Positions 42,695 to 52,425 of a stretch of 53,450 nucleotides of DNA are shown here, piece after piece. The stretch comes from Candidatus Falkowbacteria bacterium (GTDB taxonomy: Bacteria > Patescibacteriota > Patescibacteriia > CAIXNZ01). A model generated the notes under the pieces. The model was not told the origin of the DNA and searched no databases. It saw nothing but the letters and a program-made list of their open reading frames with translations. The stretch lies in the NCBI GenBank assembly GCA_016927685.1, contig JAFGMD010000004.1, positions 1 through 53,450 of the forward strand. The letters are read 5' to 3'. The position numbers and the translations under genes are program-made. Position 1 is the first letter of the stretch; each line of letters begins with the position of its first letter.

Positions 42695-45600
42695 ATGGCA
42701 GAAAAAAAATCCCAATATAACACTGAACAAAAAAAGGCCATTACTTTTGGTAATGGCCCTCTTTTAATTGTGGCTGGCGCTGGAACCGGAAAAACTATGG
42801 TTATAACAGAAAGAATAGCCCATTTAATTTTAGATAAAGGAGTAAATACAGATGCCATTTTGGCCTTAACTTTTACGGAAAAGGCAGCGCAGGAAATGGA
42901 AGAAAGAGTTGACCGTCTTTTGCCATATGGCTATGTTGATTTATGGATTTCTACCTTTCATTCATTTTGCCAGAAAATTTTAGAGCAGCATGCTTTGGAT
43001 ATTGGCATACCAAATAATTTTAAATTACTGGATGAGACAAAGCAATGGCTTTTGGTGCGTGAAAATTTCGCCAAATTTAATTTAGATTATTACAAGCCGC
43101 TTGGCAATCCCACCAAATTTATTCATGCTTTAATTAAACATTTTTCCCGCGCCAAAGATGAAGAAGCCTATCCAGAACATTATTTGGCTTATGCGGAAAA
43201 ATTAAAAGGCAATGCGGATTCTACTATGAGCGATGAGCTTTTAGCAGAAGAATCTTTAAGAATAAAAGAAGTAGCAGAGGCCTATCATACTTACCAGCAA
43301 CTTCTATTGGATAATAATTTTTTGGATTTTGGAGATTTAATAAATTACACCATAAAGCTTTTTAAAAAGCGACCTAATATTTTGAAAAAATATCAGAAGC
43401 AATTTGAATATATTTTAGTGGATGAGTTTCAGGATACAAACATTGCTCAATATGACCTGATTAAAATGTTATGCGGAGAAAAAAAGAATTTGACTGTGGT
43501 GGGGGATGACGATCAGTCAATTTATAAATTTAGAGGGGCTTCGGTTTCTAATATCATGCAATTTAAAAAGGATTTTCCCGAAAGCCAGGAAGTTGTTTTG
43601 ACGCAAAATTATCGTTCAACGCAAAATATTTTGGATTTGGCTTATAATTTTATCCAGCTTAATAATCCGAATAGGTTGGAGTACGAATTGAATAAGATTA
43701 AAAAGGGGGAAAAGGGAAAAAAGAGCAAAAAGGGGGTTGGATTGAAAAAAATTGATAAGCACTTGATTGCGGAAAATAAAGGCAAAGGTATTATTGAACA
43801 TTTACATGAAAAAACATTAGATGATGAAGTGCAGGTAATTATAAAAAAAATTATTGAATTAAAAAAGAAGGACAAGGAGGCGACTTGGAGCGATTTTGCC
43901 ATCTTAATACGTTCTAATGACGCGGCTACGCCTTTTATCAATTATTTGCGCAAGACAAATATACCGCATCAGTTTATGGCCTTGCGCGGTTTATATGCTA
44001 AACCAGTTATTCTGGATATTATGTCATATTTTAAGCTGCTGGATAATTATCATGAGTCGCCGGCCGTATATCGCATCTTAAACTCATTAGCAGTTGATAT
44101 TGAGGCCAAAGATATTATTCAAATGACGCATGAGGCCAGCAGAAAAACCGAGTCACTTTACGAGGTAATGCAAAGAGTTTCCACACTAAGGGGGATTAAT
44201 GCTAAAACAATTTCAGAGGTTAATCAGTTATTGGGCTGGATTTCTAAACATACCCAACTAGCTAAACAAAAAACTGTTGGCGAACTTTTAAAAGCTTTTT
44301 TAGAAGATACTGGCTATTTGGAAAAATTAGTGGCTAAAGATGATTATGAAAGCAATCAGGCCATTTCTTATATAAATCAATTTTACAAGCGCATTCAAGC
44401 CTTTGAAGAATCAGTACCAGGCGCCAGATTAAATTTATTCATGGAGCAAATGGAATTTGAATTAGAGTCGGGCGAAATGGGACCCTTAAGCGTTGATCTG
44501 GAAGTCGGGCCTGATATGGTAAAAATTATAACTGTGCATTCGGCCAAGGGCTTGGAATTTAAATATGTTTTTATTCCTAATTTGATTGACCGCCGTTTTC
44601 CTACTGGTGAGCGTTCTGAAGCCATTGAGCTGCCTGACGAATTAGTTAAAGAAATTTTACCCGAAGGCGATGTCCATTTGCAGGAAGAAAGGCGCTTATT
44701 CTACGTAGCCATGACGCGCGCTAAATACGGCTTATTCTTGAGTTCTGCCGATGATTATGGCGGCGCACGCAAAAGAAAAATTTCTAAGTTTTTAGTGGAA
44801 TTATCCGAGACAAACCCTTCATTTAAATTAGCTAAAGCTGCTTTGGCAGAAAGCGGTTTGGAATTGACCAGAGTCAAGCCAGTTGTTAAAAAAGAAAAAT
44901 TAGAATATAAATTGCCAGAAAGATTTTCTTACTCTCAATTGACGGCATTTGGCAAATGTCCTTATCAATATAAGTTGGGATTTATCATCAAAGTCCCGGT
45001 TTTTGGCAGAGGCACTTTTTCTTATGGCAAAAGCATTCATGAAACTTTAGAGGAATTTTTTAAGCGCATTTTTGAAAAACTGGAAAATAAACAGACAGAT
45101 TTGTTTGGTTCAAGCGATAAAAAACCAAGGAGTATTAAAATCAGCGATTTGATAAAATTTGACGAGCTTAAGAAAATTTTTCAGGCCAAATGGAAAGACG
45201 AATGGTATGCCTCTAAAGACCAAAGAGAAAAGTATTTTAAAAAAGCAGGAGAGAGCTTGAAAGTTTTTTATGACCAAATTAAAGATAATCCTTGCCAGAC
45301 CGAAGCAGTGGAAAAGGTTTTTAATCTAAAAGTAAAAGATTTTACCATTATTGGCGTTATTGATAGGATTGACCGTTTAAGTGATGGCTCTATTGTTTTA
45401 ATTGATTACAAGACAGGCGAAGCCAAAGAAGAAAAGACGATTTCTGCAGAAAATAAAATGCAGCTTTTAATTTATCAGATTGCCGCCGAACAAGTTATGA
45501 AAGAAAAAGTTAATAAATTAATTTTTTATTACATTGATAATAATTCCACTTTAGAGTTTTTAGGGGAAGAAAAGGACAAAGAAAGGATTAAACAAGAAAT

Positions 45601-45706
45601 TATCAGGCGTATTGAGGCGATCAGATCTTCTGACTTTGCTGCCACTCCAAGCGAATATACTTGCTCTTGGTGCGATTTTAGAAATATCTGCGATTTTAGA
45701 GTATAA
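42695..45706 (+). CDS. UvrD/PcrA-family helicase fused to a PD-(D/E)XK nuclease (AddA/AdnB-like)
   Basis: AGAGTGKT, ALTFT, LVDEFQDTN, VGDDDQSIYKFRGA, TVHSAKGLEF, EERRLFYVAMTRA; G.IDRID..LIDYKTG; CPYQY...CSWCDFRNIC (4 Cys). Confidence 0.95.
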   Translation: MAEKKSQYNTEQKKAITFGNGPLLIVAGAGTGKTMVITERIAHLILDKGVNTDAILALTFTEKAAQEMEERVDRLLPYGYVDLWISTFHSFCQKILEQHALDIGIPNNFKLLDETKQWLLVRENFAKFNLDYYKPLGNPTKFIHALIKHFSRAKDEEAYPEHYLAYAEKLKGNADSTMSDELLAEESLRIKEVAEAYHTYQQLLLDNNFLDFGDLINYTIKLFKKRPNILKKYQKQFEYILVDEFQDTNIAQYDLIKMLCGEKKNLTVVGDDDQSIYKFRGASVSNIMQFKKDFPESQEVVLTQNYRSTQNILDLAYNFIQLNNPNRLEYELNKIKKGEKGKKSKKGVGLKKIDKHLIAENKGKGIIEHLHEKTLDDEVQVIIKKIIELKKKDKEATWSDFAILIRSNDAATPFINYLRKTNIPHQFMALRGLYAKPVILDIMSYFKLLDNYHESPAVYRILNSLAVDIEAKDIIQMTHEASRKTESLYEVMQRVSTLRGINAKTISEVNQLLGWISKHTQLAKQKTVGELLKAFLEDTGYLEKLVAKDDYESNQAISYINQFYKRIQAFEESVPGARLNLFMEQMEFELESGEMGPLSVDLEVGPDMVKIITVHSAKGLEFKYVFIPNLIDRRFPTGERSEAIELPDELVKEILPEGDVHLQEERRLFYVAMTRAKYGLFLSSADDYGGARKRKISKFLVELSETNPSFKLAKAALAESGLELTRVKPVVKKEKLEYKLPERFSYSQLTAFGKCPYQYKLGFIIKVPVFGRGTFSYGKSIHETLEEFFKRIFEKLENKQTDLFGSSDKKPRSIKISDLIKFDELKKIFQAKWKDEWYASKDQREKYFKKAGESLKVFYDQIKDNPCQTEAVEKVFNLKVKDFTIIGVIDRIDRLSDGSIVLIDYKTGEAKEEKTISAENKMQLLIYQIAAEQVMKEKVNKLIFYYIDNNSTLEFLGEEKDKERIKQEIIRRIEAIRSSDFAATPSEYTCSWCDFRNICDFRV

Positions 45707-45743
45707 TAAAGGTAAAGACAAAATTCAAAATTATAAATTTCAA

Positions 45744-46748
45744 ATGGGAAAATGTTTAAAAAGGCATTTATATTTTTTTGTTATTACTGCCATAATTTTT
45801 ATGTTGCCTGAAATTTGCCTATCTTCGGCTTTAAATACTTTAAGCGATCGCATGAGCCGCCAGGCGCCCCTTTTCTCTTCTAATCATGAAATAAAATTTA
45901 TTACGCCAAGCGGAGTCAAAGAAGCGGGCTTGACTATTTCCATAAATTTTGATGCGGGCTTTAATTTGGCAGGTATTGCATACGATGATGTGGATTTATT
46001 TCATGGTCCGGCTACTGGCTTTGAAGTTGCAGAAAGTTTAGTAGTAATGCCATCAATTACTCAATGGGGAGTATCGGTCTTAGGAGATACTCTTACCCTT
46101 ACTCATCCCACAGATTCGGCCAATGGCGATATTTTGCCAAATGATATGGTAGTGGTGCGCATTGGCACAAATGCCAATGGCGGTAATACTCAAATAATTA
46201 ATCCAGGCACTATTGGGTCAAAAGTAATTTCTATTAATGGTAGTTTTGGCGATTTTGGAAAATTAGCAGTGGCCATTTTTCGCGATCAAATTGGCATTAA
46301 TGTAGGCGAACCAGAGGGCGGGGGATTTCCTCCGCCGCCGCTTGCGCCCACGCTTGATTTGGGTCCATGTCCAATTTTTAGATCGCCTAAGCTACTTAGT
46401 GGGGATAAGGTTTCTGGAGTTACCATTTTTATTAATGGTTCAAGCGAAGGAGTTGAATATCCAACTGTTATTTCCTGGACATATTTAGCTTATTTAAATT
46501 TACGGTCAAATCCTTATCAAATTTACTCTCGTGATGTTTATGGTCAAAACAGTTCTTTGCTGAATATTGATTTGGTTCGCTGGAGAGTAGGGGATACAAA
46601 TGGCAACTTTATAGTTGATGATTTTGACTTAGCTGGCGTGGCCTATCACTGGGACGCTGATTGGTGTTTTGGAGATTTTAATGAGGACGATATTGTTGAT
46701 GATTTTGATTTATCGGGTCTGGCGGCCCATTGGGATAGCATTTATTAA
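45744..46748 (+). CDS. Secreted beta-sandwich protein with a C-terminal dockerin-like duplicated Ca-binding repeat
   Basis: Start moved to ATG 45744; signal-like N-terminus; GDTNGNFIVDDFDL..GDFNEDDIVDDFDL; SNHEIKF domain shared with 52404. Confidence 0.78.
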   Translation: MGKCLKRHLYFFVITAIIFMLPEICLSSALNTLSDRMSRQAPLFSSNHEIKFITPSGVKEAGLTISINFDAGFNLAGIAYDDVDLFHGPATGFEVAESLVVMPSITQWGVSVLGDTLTLTHPTDSANGDILPNDMVVVRIGTNANGGNTQIINPGTIGSKVISINGSFGDFGKLAVAIFRDQIGINVGEPEGGGFPPPPLAPTLDLGPCPIFRSPKLLSGDKVSGVTIFINGSSEGVEYPTVISWTYLAYLNLRSNPYQIYSRDVYGQNSSLLNIDLVRWRVGDTNGNFIVDDFDLAGVAYHWDADWCFGDFNEDDIVDDFDLSGLAAHWDSIY

Positions 46749-46769
46749 TTGATATTTATTAATATAAAT

Positions 46770-48995
46770 ATGAAAACAATAATAAAAATTTCCATTTCAT
46801 TAATCTTGCTTAGTTTTATATTTCCTTTTATATCAGCACAGGCGGCTGGGAATGCCATTATGCGCTTAACTTCCGTTAAAACCGATTATTTTGTGGGCGA
46901 TACTGTTTATGTCCAAATTCAAGTGGAAACAAATGGTGAAAGTATAAATACTGTCAGGTCAATAATGGATTTTAGTGGCAATGCAGTATTGCAGGCGAAC
47001 GATTTTGTCATTGGCACTGCTTGGCCCAATTTAAGTCCGGGCAAAGAATTGGATAATATTGCCCAACATATTAATGTGGGCGGATTTATTTTAGTAGATT
47101 CTGTTTCGCAAAATTCTTTATTTGGCACGTTAATTTTTAAGGCAAATACAATCGGCTCATCTACAATAAGTTTTGCCCTCGGTTCTCATCTAATTTCGCC
47201 TGACCAAGAAGAAAAAATTAATTTAGCCGGTTGTCAGCCAATAACAATTAATGTGATTGGCGCGCCTTTGCCTCCACCTCCTCAAAATCAAGCACCCATA
47301 TTCCAACCAATTGGTAATAGGCAGATAAATTTAGGTGAACAACTCAATTTTAATGTTTCTGCCACTGATCCTGACAGCGATTTAGTCAATTTGACCTGGA
47401 ATATTCCCGCAGGATCTTTATTTACCAATGTTGTAAATGATGCAGCGACTGTGACTGGCAATTTTAACTGGACTCCTACTGCTGAAGGCATATATACAAT
47501 CACTTTTACGGCGACTGATAATAATTTAGATTCAAAAACAGCTACATTAACAATTTTATTGGGAGTGAATATTCCGCCTCCGCCCGTTAATCATCCGCCA
47601 ACTTTTCAACCAATTGGCGAAAAAACTGTTAATGCCGGAGAAACCTTAACTTTTAATGTCATTGCCACAGATCCTGATGGCGACAATATTAATTTAACAT
47701 TTACGCCATTGGATTCGGCTACTTTTACGCCAATAACATCTGGTATAACCTCAACTTCAAAATTTACTTGGATGCCTCAAAATTTTGGTATTTATTATGT
47801 AGTTTTTACTGCCACTGATGATGCAGCTGGTAATCAGTTATCCAGTACACAAAGCGTAAGAATTACAGTTTTTGGCGGCAAGTGTCCGCCATGTACTGGA
47901 GGCGGTGGTACTTGCCCAATTTGTGAATGTAAAGAACAAACTTTTGATAATATTTTAGAATTGGAAGCGCCAAGTATAAGTTCGCCCAGCCACTCTGATT
48001 CGGATTTATGGTATTCTAATAATTCCCCCGAATTTATATGGGAGACACGCGTTGAACCAATTGGCTATTCTTTTAATTTGGACCAAAATTCTTTTTCTGA
48101 TCCAGCGATCGGCTATTATTTTTCCAAGGAAAATGCCTTTAATTTTGGTGGCATAGCTGACGGTATTTGGTTTTTTCATATTAAAGCCCAATACGCAGGC
48201 GGTTGGGGGCCAACTGCTCATTATCAGGTTAAGATTGATACTGAGCCACCAGAATTTTTTAAGCCAAATATTATTGATGAATATATAAATGGCATTGAGT
48301 TGCAGCAAATAGTATTTTCAGCATTAGACAAATTGTCAGGCGTATTTTGCTACGAAATGAAAATCGATGATAAAAATTGGCAAAAAGTCGTTAGTCCCTA
48401 TACATTAAACGATCTTGATAAGATCGGTAAAATTATGTCAATGCGGGCCATTGATAACGCTGGCAATGCTATTGAAGCCAATATTGATTTACAAAAATTA
48501 ATAGTTTTGCCAGAGATTAAAATATATAATATTGTTACGCCGACTTTGTCGCCGCCTTCAATTGAACGCGTGGTTTTGCCATACAAAATAGGTTCGGTTA
48601 CAATAAATAATTTAATAATAGTAGCCGGGCATTCTATCCCCAACTCAATTGTTACTTTGTACGTTAGCACTGAACCAGAGCTTGTCTTAAATACGCAGGC
48701 CGATGATAATGGCGAATGGCGCATCAATATCGAGAAAGAACTTGGGGTAGGACAATATAAAATATATGCTATTGCTTCTTTTGATGGTTTGAATTCATTG
48801 CCGTCTGAAAGCGTCAGTTTAAATTTAGTTGAAAAGTATATACCCCCGCCCCAAAAGCAGTTTTTTTGGTGGCCATTAATAATCTTATCAATTATAATTA
48901 TTATATTGTCTTGGTTATTAAGATATGTAACTATTAAAATTAATGAAAAAAACGGCTATAAAAAAAGGCAAAAGAATAAATATGGCAAGCATTAA
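46770..48995 (+). CDS. Surface protein: cohesin domain, two cadherin/Ig-like repeats, Ig-like domains, C-terminal TM anchor
   Basis: Start moved to ATG 46770; VGDTVYVQIQV..INTV..FGTLIFKA cohesin pattern; N.AP.F..ATD.D.D..F.WTP repeats; DGIWFFHI..IDTEPP; C-terminal TM followed by basic tail. Confidence 0.8.
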   Translation: MKTIIKISISLILLSFIFPFISAQAAGNAIMRLTSVKTDYFVGDTVYVQIQVETNGESINTVRSIMDFSGNAVLQANDFVIGTAWPNLSPGKELDNIAQHINVGGFILVDSVSQNSLFGTLIFKANTIGSSTISFALGSHLISPDQEEKINLAGCQPITINVIGAPLPPPPQNQAPIFQPIGNRQINLGEQLNFNVSATDPDSDLVNLTWNIPAGSLFTNVVNDAATVTGNFNWTPTAEGIYTITFTATDNNLDSKTATLTILLGVNIPPPPVNHPPTFQPIGEKTVNAGETLTFNVIATDPDGDNINLTFTPLDSATFTPITSGITSTSKFTWMPQNFGIYYVVFTATDDAAGNQLSSTQSVRITVFGGKCPPCTGGGGTCPICECKEQTFDNILELEAPSISSPSHSDSDLWYSNNSPEFIWETRVEPIGYSFNLDQNSFSDPAIGYYFSKENAFNFGGIADGIWFFHIKAQYAGGWGPTAHYQVKIDTEPPEFFKPNIIDEYINGIELQQIVFSALDKLSGVFCYEMKIDDKNWQKVVSPYTLNDLDKIGKIMSMRAIDNAGNAIEANIDLQKLIVLPEIKIYNIVTPTLSPPSIERVVLPYKIGSVTINNLIIVAGHSIPNSIVTLYVSTEPELVLNTQADDNGEWRINIEKELGVGQYKIYAIASFDGLNSLPSESVSLNLVEKYIPPPQKQFFWWPLIILSIIIIILSWLLRYVTIKINEKNGYKKRQKNKYGKH

Positions 48996-49692
48996 AATGT
49001 TGATGTGCTTATTAGTATTTTCCCTGACTTTAGTTTTAGCTCACCAGGTTATTGGCAGTATGGAAAGTACTAATTTTCAGATTTGGGTGGATAGTTTTGG
49101 TTCTGGCGGAGGAGCTGGCTCTTCAACTAGCTATAAAATGGGATCTAGCATGACTACGCCAAGCGGACCAATGGGTACAAGCGCCAATTTCGGTGAAATT
49201 TCTGGTTTTACGCCCATTGAAGATGAACCAACTGTAGGTTTTAGTGTTCAGGCCGCTTCTTTAAATTTTGGCGTACTTTCGCCATCAAGCACTGCTTATG
49301 CTAGCCATACCTTCTCTGCTTATACTAATTCAGAACATGGTTATAAAATAAAAATTTTTGGCGAGCCCTTGCATTCTGCTGATCACGCTATTGTGGCCAT
49401 AGGCGCTACTCCTGAATATGCAGCTGAAGGCAGCGAGCAGTTCGGCATAAACTTAGCAAGTAACACAGCTCCACTAGTTGGTTTAAGTCCAATCGGTGGC
49501 AGCGGTACAGCGCAAGATAAATATAATCAAACTAATAAATTTGCTTATGTGGAAGGCGATATTATAGCGCTAGCTCCAAGTTTTTCATATCAGACAAATT
49601 ATACTGCCAGTATTATTGCCAATATTTCACAAGAAACAACCGCAGGACTTTATCAAACCACTTTGATTTATGAATTTATACCGATTTTTTAA
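48982..49692 (+). CDS. Secreted WxL/fimbrial-subunit-like protein
   Basis: Start moved to ATG 48982; signal peptide; MESTNFQIWVDS..GG; SEQFGINL; C-terminal AGLYQTTLIYEFIPIF strand. Confidence 0.65.
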   Translation: MASIKMLMCLLVFSLTLVLAHQVIGSMESTNFQIWVDSFGSGGGAGSSTSYKMGSSMTTPSGPMGTSANFGEISGFTPIEDEPTVGFSVQAASLNFGVLSPSSTAYASHTFSAYTNSEHGYKIKIFGEPLHSADHAIVAIGATPEYAAEGSEQFGINLASNTAPLVGLSPIGGSGTAQDKYNQTNKFAYVEGDIIALAPSFSYQTNYTASIIANISQETTAGLYQTTLIYEFIPIF

Positions 49693-49843
49693 AATTTGAG
49701 TTTTCCACAGCCCTAATATATAGTCAATATTATAAAAATATTGTATAATGATAGCAAGAAAATAGACACAGATTTTTAATAAATTTTTGTTGATAAACAA
49801 AAAATATTTATTAATATATTTAATTTATTTAATTAATTTAACC

Positions 49844-50917
49844 ATGATGAAAGACAAAAAATTCGTACTTTTTACTATACTGATCCTAACCTTAGCTATG
49901 ACATTATTTGCTCAAAACATAGCTCAGGCAGGCAGTGTGACAGCGATTACCATTACTTTAGAAGATGGCAGTGGTAATAATATTTCTGATGACACAACTG
50001 CAGTTGATACAACTACAGTGGCTTTTGATCCTGCTACTTCAGTAAATACAAACGATGGTATTTTAATTAGTTTTGCCAGTGATTTTGACATCTCCAGCGT
50101 AGTAAATGGCGATGTGGCAGTAACGCAAGCAAACGGTGGTACAGATATTACCAAAGGTACTGCTGCAGTTAGCTCTCAGGATTTGCAAATTCCAGTAACT
50201 ACAGAAGGTGATACGCCAGGCGGGGCCATTACTGTGACAATTACAAACAGTCACATTACAACTCCCACAAGTCCAGGTACTTATACTATTAGGATTAGAA
50301 CTTATGATTTAGGCGATGATAATGCTTTTGGCGGATCTGGAGCTGATGCAGATACTTTAGAAGATGATGGCGCAGGCGCAGTTGTAATTGGGACAAATGA
50401 AGTGATTATTACTGGCACGGTCGATCCAACTTTAACTTTAGCAATTGTGGAATTAGGAGGCGATACACCAACGACGGCTTGTGCTTTAGGCACAATTACG
50501 CCAACAAATATAGAAACATGCGGCTATAGAACAAAGGTTTCTACAAATGCAAATGGCGGTTATAATGCTTATATTAAAGTTGATGGTTCATTAACATCTG
50601 GCTCCCATAATATTACAGATGTAGTTGCGGCTGACGATATCGATGCAGGAACTGAAGAATATGGTGTTTCTTCAACTGATACAGATGCAGATATAATAGA
50701 AAATACTTCTGGACATACGTGCACTGAACTTGACCATCAATCTTCTTACGCCATGCCTGCTGATCCGCTGACAACAAATGATCAGACAGTTAGACAGACC
50801 AGCGCTCCAGCTAATGCAGAATATACAACAATTTGCCACGCTATTGGCATTTCTGGAACAACATCAGCCGGTTATTATACTCAAACAGCAACCATAACCG
50901 TAGTTGGTAGCTTTTAA
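49844..50917 (+). CDS. Secreted beta-sandwich plus WxL/fimbrial-subunit-like protein
   Basis: Start moved to ATG 49844; signal peptide; VDPTLTLAI, VSTNANGGY, GTEEYG, C-terminal AGYYTQTATITVVGSF. Confidence 0.65.
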   Translation: MMKDKKFVLFTILILTLAMTLFAQNIAQAGSVTAITITLEDGSGNNISDDTTAVDTTTVAFDPATSVNTNDGILISFASDFDISSVVNGDVAVTQANGGTDITKGTAAVSSQDLQIPVTTEGDTPGGAITVTITNSHITTPTSPGTYTIRIRTYDLGDDNAFGGSGADADTLEDDGAGAVVIGTNEVIITGTVDPTLTLAIVELGGDTPTTACALGTITPTNIETCGYRTKVSTNANGGYNAYIKVDGSLTSGSHNITDVVAADDIDAGTEEYGVSSTDTDADIIENTSGHTCTELDHQSSYAMPADPLTTNDQTVRQTSAPANAEYTTICHAIGISGTTSAGYYTQTATITVVGSF

Positions 50918-50996
50918 AAATAAATTAAATAAATATTAAAAAATAAATTAAAAGAGCCCTCCTTATTTAAAGTATCAGAGGGCTAGGGGAAAAAAT

Positions 50997-51986
50997 ATGA
51001 AAACAAAAAAAGTGCTCATTTTATCAATAGTTTTCCTGATTGCTAGCTTGATTTTACCATTGGCAAGCAATGCAGTGACTGTTTCGCCTCCAATTATTGA
51101 ATTAGATGCCGCGAAAGGTGATGTTATTACGCAAAGCGTAAAAGTTCGCAACGAGGGTACATCTGCAGCTACTTACTTTTTAACCACAGAGAAATTTATT
51201 GCTGCCGGTGAAACCGGTTCTCCGCAATTTGTCAGCGGAGGAGAAGATATTGACTTAGCTTCTTGGATTAAATTTCCATATGACAATATTAGTATCCCAG
51301 GCGGCGCTACTGTAGAAATTCCATTTACAATTGTTGTACCAAGCTATGCCAGCCCAGGCGGTCATTACGCAGCTATTTTTATTGGCAATGTGCCGCCAAA
51401 ATCAACAGATCAAACTTCTCAAGTTTCAATTGCCAGCAGATTAGGCACCTTAGTTTTAGTTAGAATTGCCGGTGAAGTAAAAGAAAGCGCAGAAGTATTA
51501 GAATTTTCTACATCAGCAAAAACTTACAGTTCTTTACCGGTTGATTTTGCTATTAGAGTTAAAAACTCTGGTAATGTGCATGTCAAACCAATGGGTTCGA
51601 TCTTGGTGAAAAATATATTCGGATCAGTGGTGGGTAGGGTTGATGCTAATGATAAAGGCGGTAATGTTTTGCCAGATTCCATTAGAAAATTTGATGCACA
51701 ATGGGTAAAAAATCCTAATGCAGTCGGCGCCCAAACATTTTGGGGCAAATATAGAGAACAGAAAGAAAATTATGGCTTTGGCAAATATACCGCAGATTTG
51801 ACTTTAGCTTATGGGACAGCCGGCAAGACTTTAATGGGGACAACATCGTTTTGGGTTATACCATGGAATATTATTTTAGTTAATTTGCTCATTGTCATTA
51901 TTATTGTTGTTATTGCTTACTATGGCGTACAAAAATATAATGCTTGGTTGTTGAAAAAATATGGCAAAAAAGCAGCTAAAAAATAA
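50997..51986 (+). CDS. DUF916/WxL-interacting (chaperone-like) protein with C-terminal TM
   Basis: VSPPIIEL..V.N, EIPFTI.VP..A.PGGHYAAI, VKNSGNVHVKP.G, GKYTADL.L.YG, FWVIPW, TM. Confidence 0.72.
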   Translation: MKTKKVLILSIVFLIASLILPLASNAVTVSPPIIELDAAKGDVITQSVKVRNEGTSAATYFLTTEKFIAAGETGSPQFVSGGEDIDLASWIKFPYDNISIPGGATVEIPFTIVVPSYASPGGHYAAIFIGNVPPKSTDQTSQVSIASRLGTLVLVRIAGEVKESAEVLEFSTSAKTYSSLPVDFAIRVKNSGNVHVKPMGSILVKNIFGSVVGRVDANDKGGNVLPDSIRKFDAQWVKNPNAVGAQTFWGKYREQKENYGFGKYTADLTLAYGTAGKTLMGTTSFWVIPWNIILVNLLIVIIIVVIAYYGVQKYNAWLLKKYGKKAAKK

Positions 51987-52005
51987 AATACATTTCTGAT
52001 ATATT

Positions 52006-52039
52006 AAGCGGGGTTTTTAGAGGACTAAAAACCCCGCTT
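52006..52039. terminator. Perfect 15-bp palindrome (terminator or protein-binding site)
   Basis: aagcggggtttttag-agga-ctaaaaaccccgctt. Confidence 0.6.
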
Positions 52040-52056
52040 TCGTTATATATATAATT

Positions 52057-52425
52057 ATGAGAATAAAAATAGCTATAATAATTTGCGTTATAGTCGTAAA
52101 TTTATTAGTTTTAACGATTGGTTATAGCCAGTCCAATGTTAATGTTCAAGCAGTTGTGCCATTGACTGAAGCTAATATAAAACAATCCGCAGAACCTTCG
52201 CCCAATCCTTCATTCAAAGAAAATAAATTTCAATATTATTTTGAAAAATATTGGAATGATAGTATGGACACGCAGCAGATTAATATTGAAAAAAGTTATG
52301 CCTTTTATGATAGTATTGCTACTATTATTTTAATGGTTGCGTTAATGTTTATAATAGCCATGTCCACCTTGATTATTCTTAGAGCGATAGAATATTATAA
52401 AATATGCAGAAAAAAAAGATTATAA
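52057..52425 (+). CDS. Small two-TM hypothetical protein
   Basis: Hydrophobic N- and C-terminal segments; SNVNVQAVVP. Confidence 0.6.
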   Translation: MRIKIAIIICVIVVNLLVLTIGYSQSNVNVQAVVPLTEANIKQSAEPSPNPSFKENKFQYYFEKYWNDSMDTQQINIEKSYAFYDSIATIILMVALMFIIAMSTLIILRAIEYYKICRKKRL

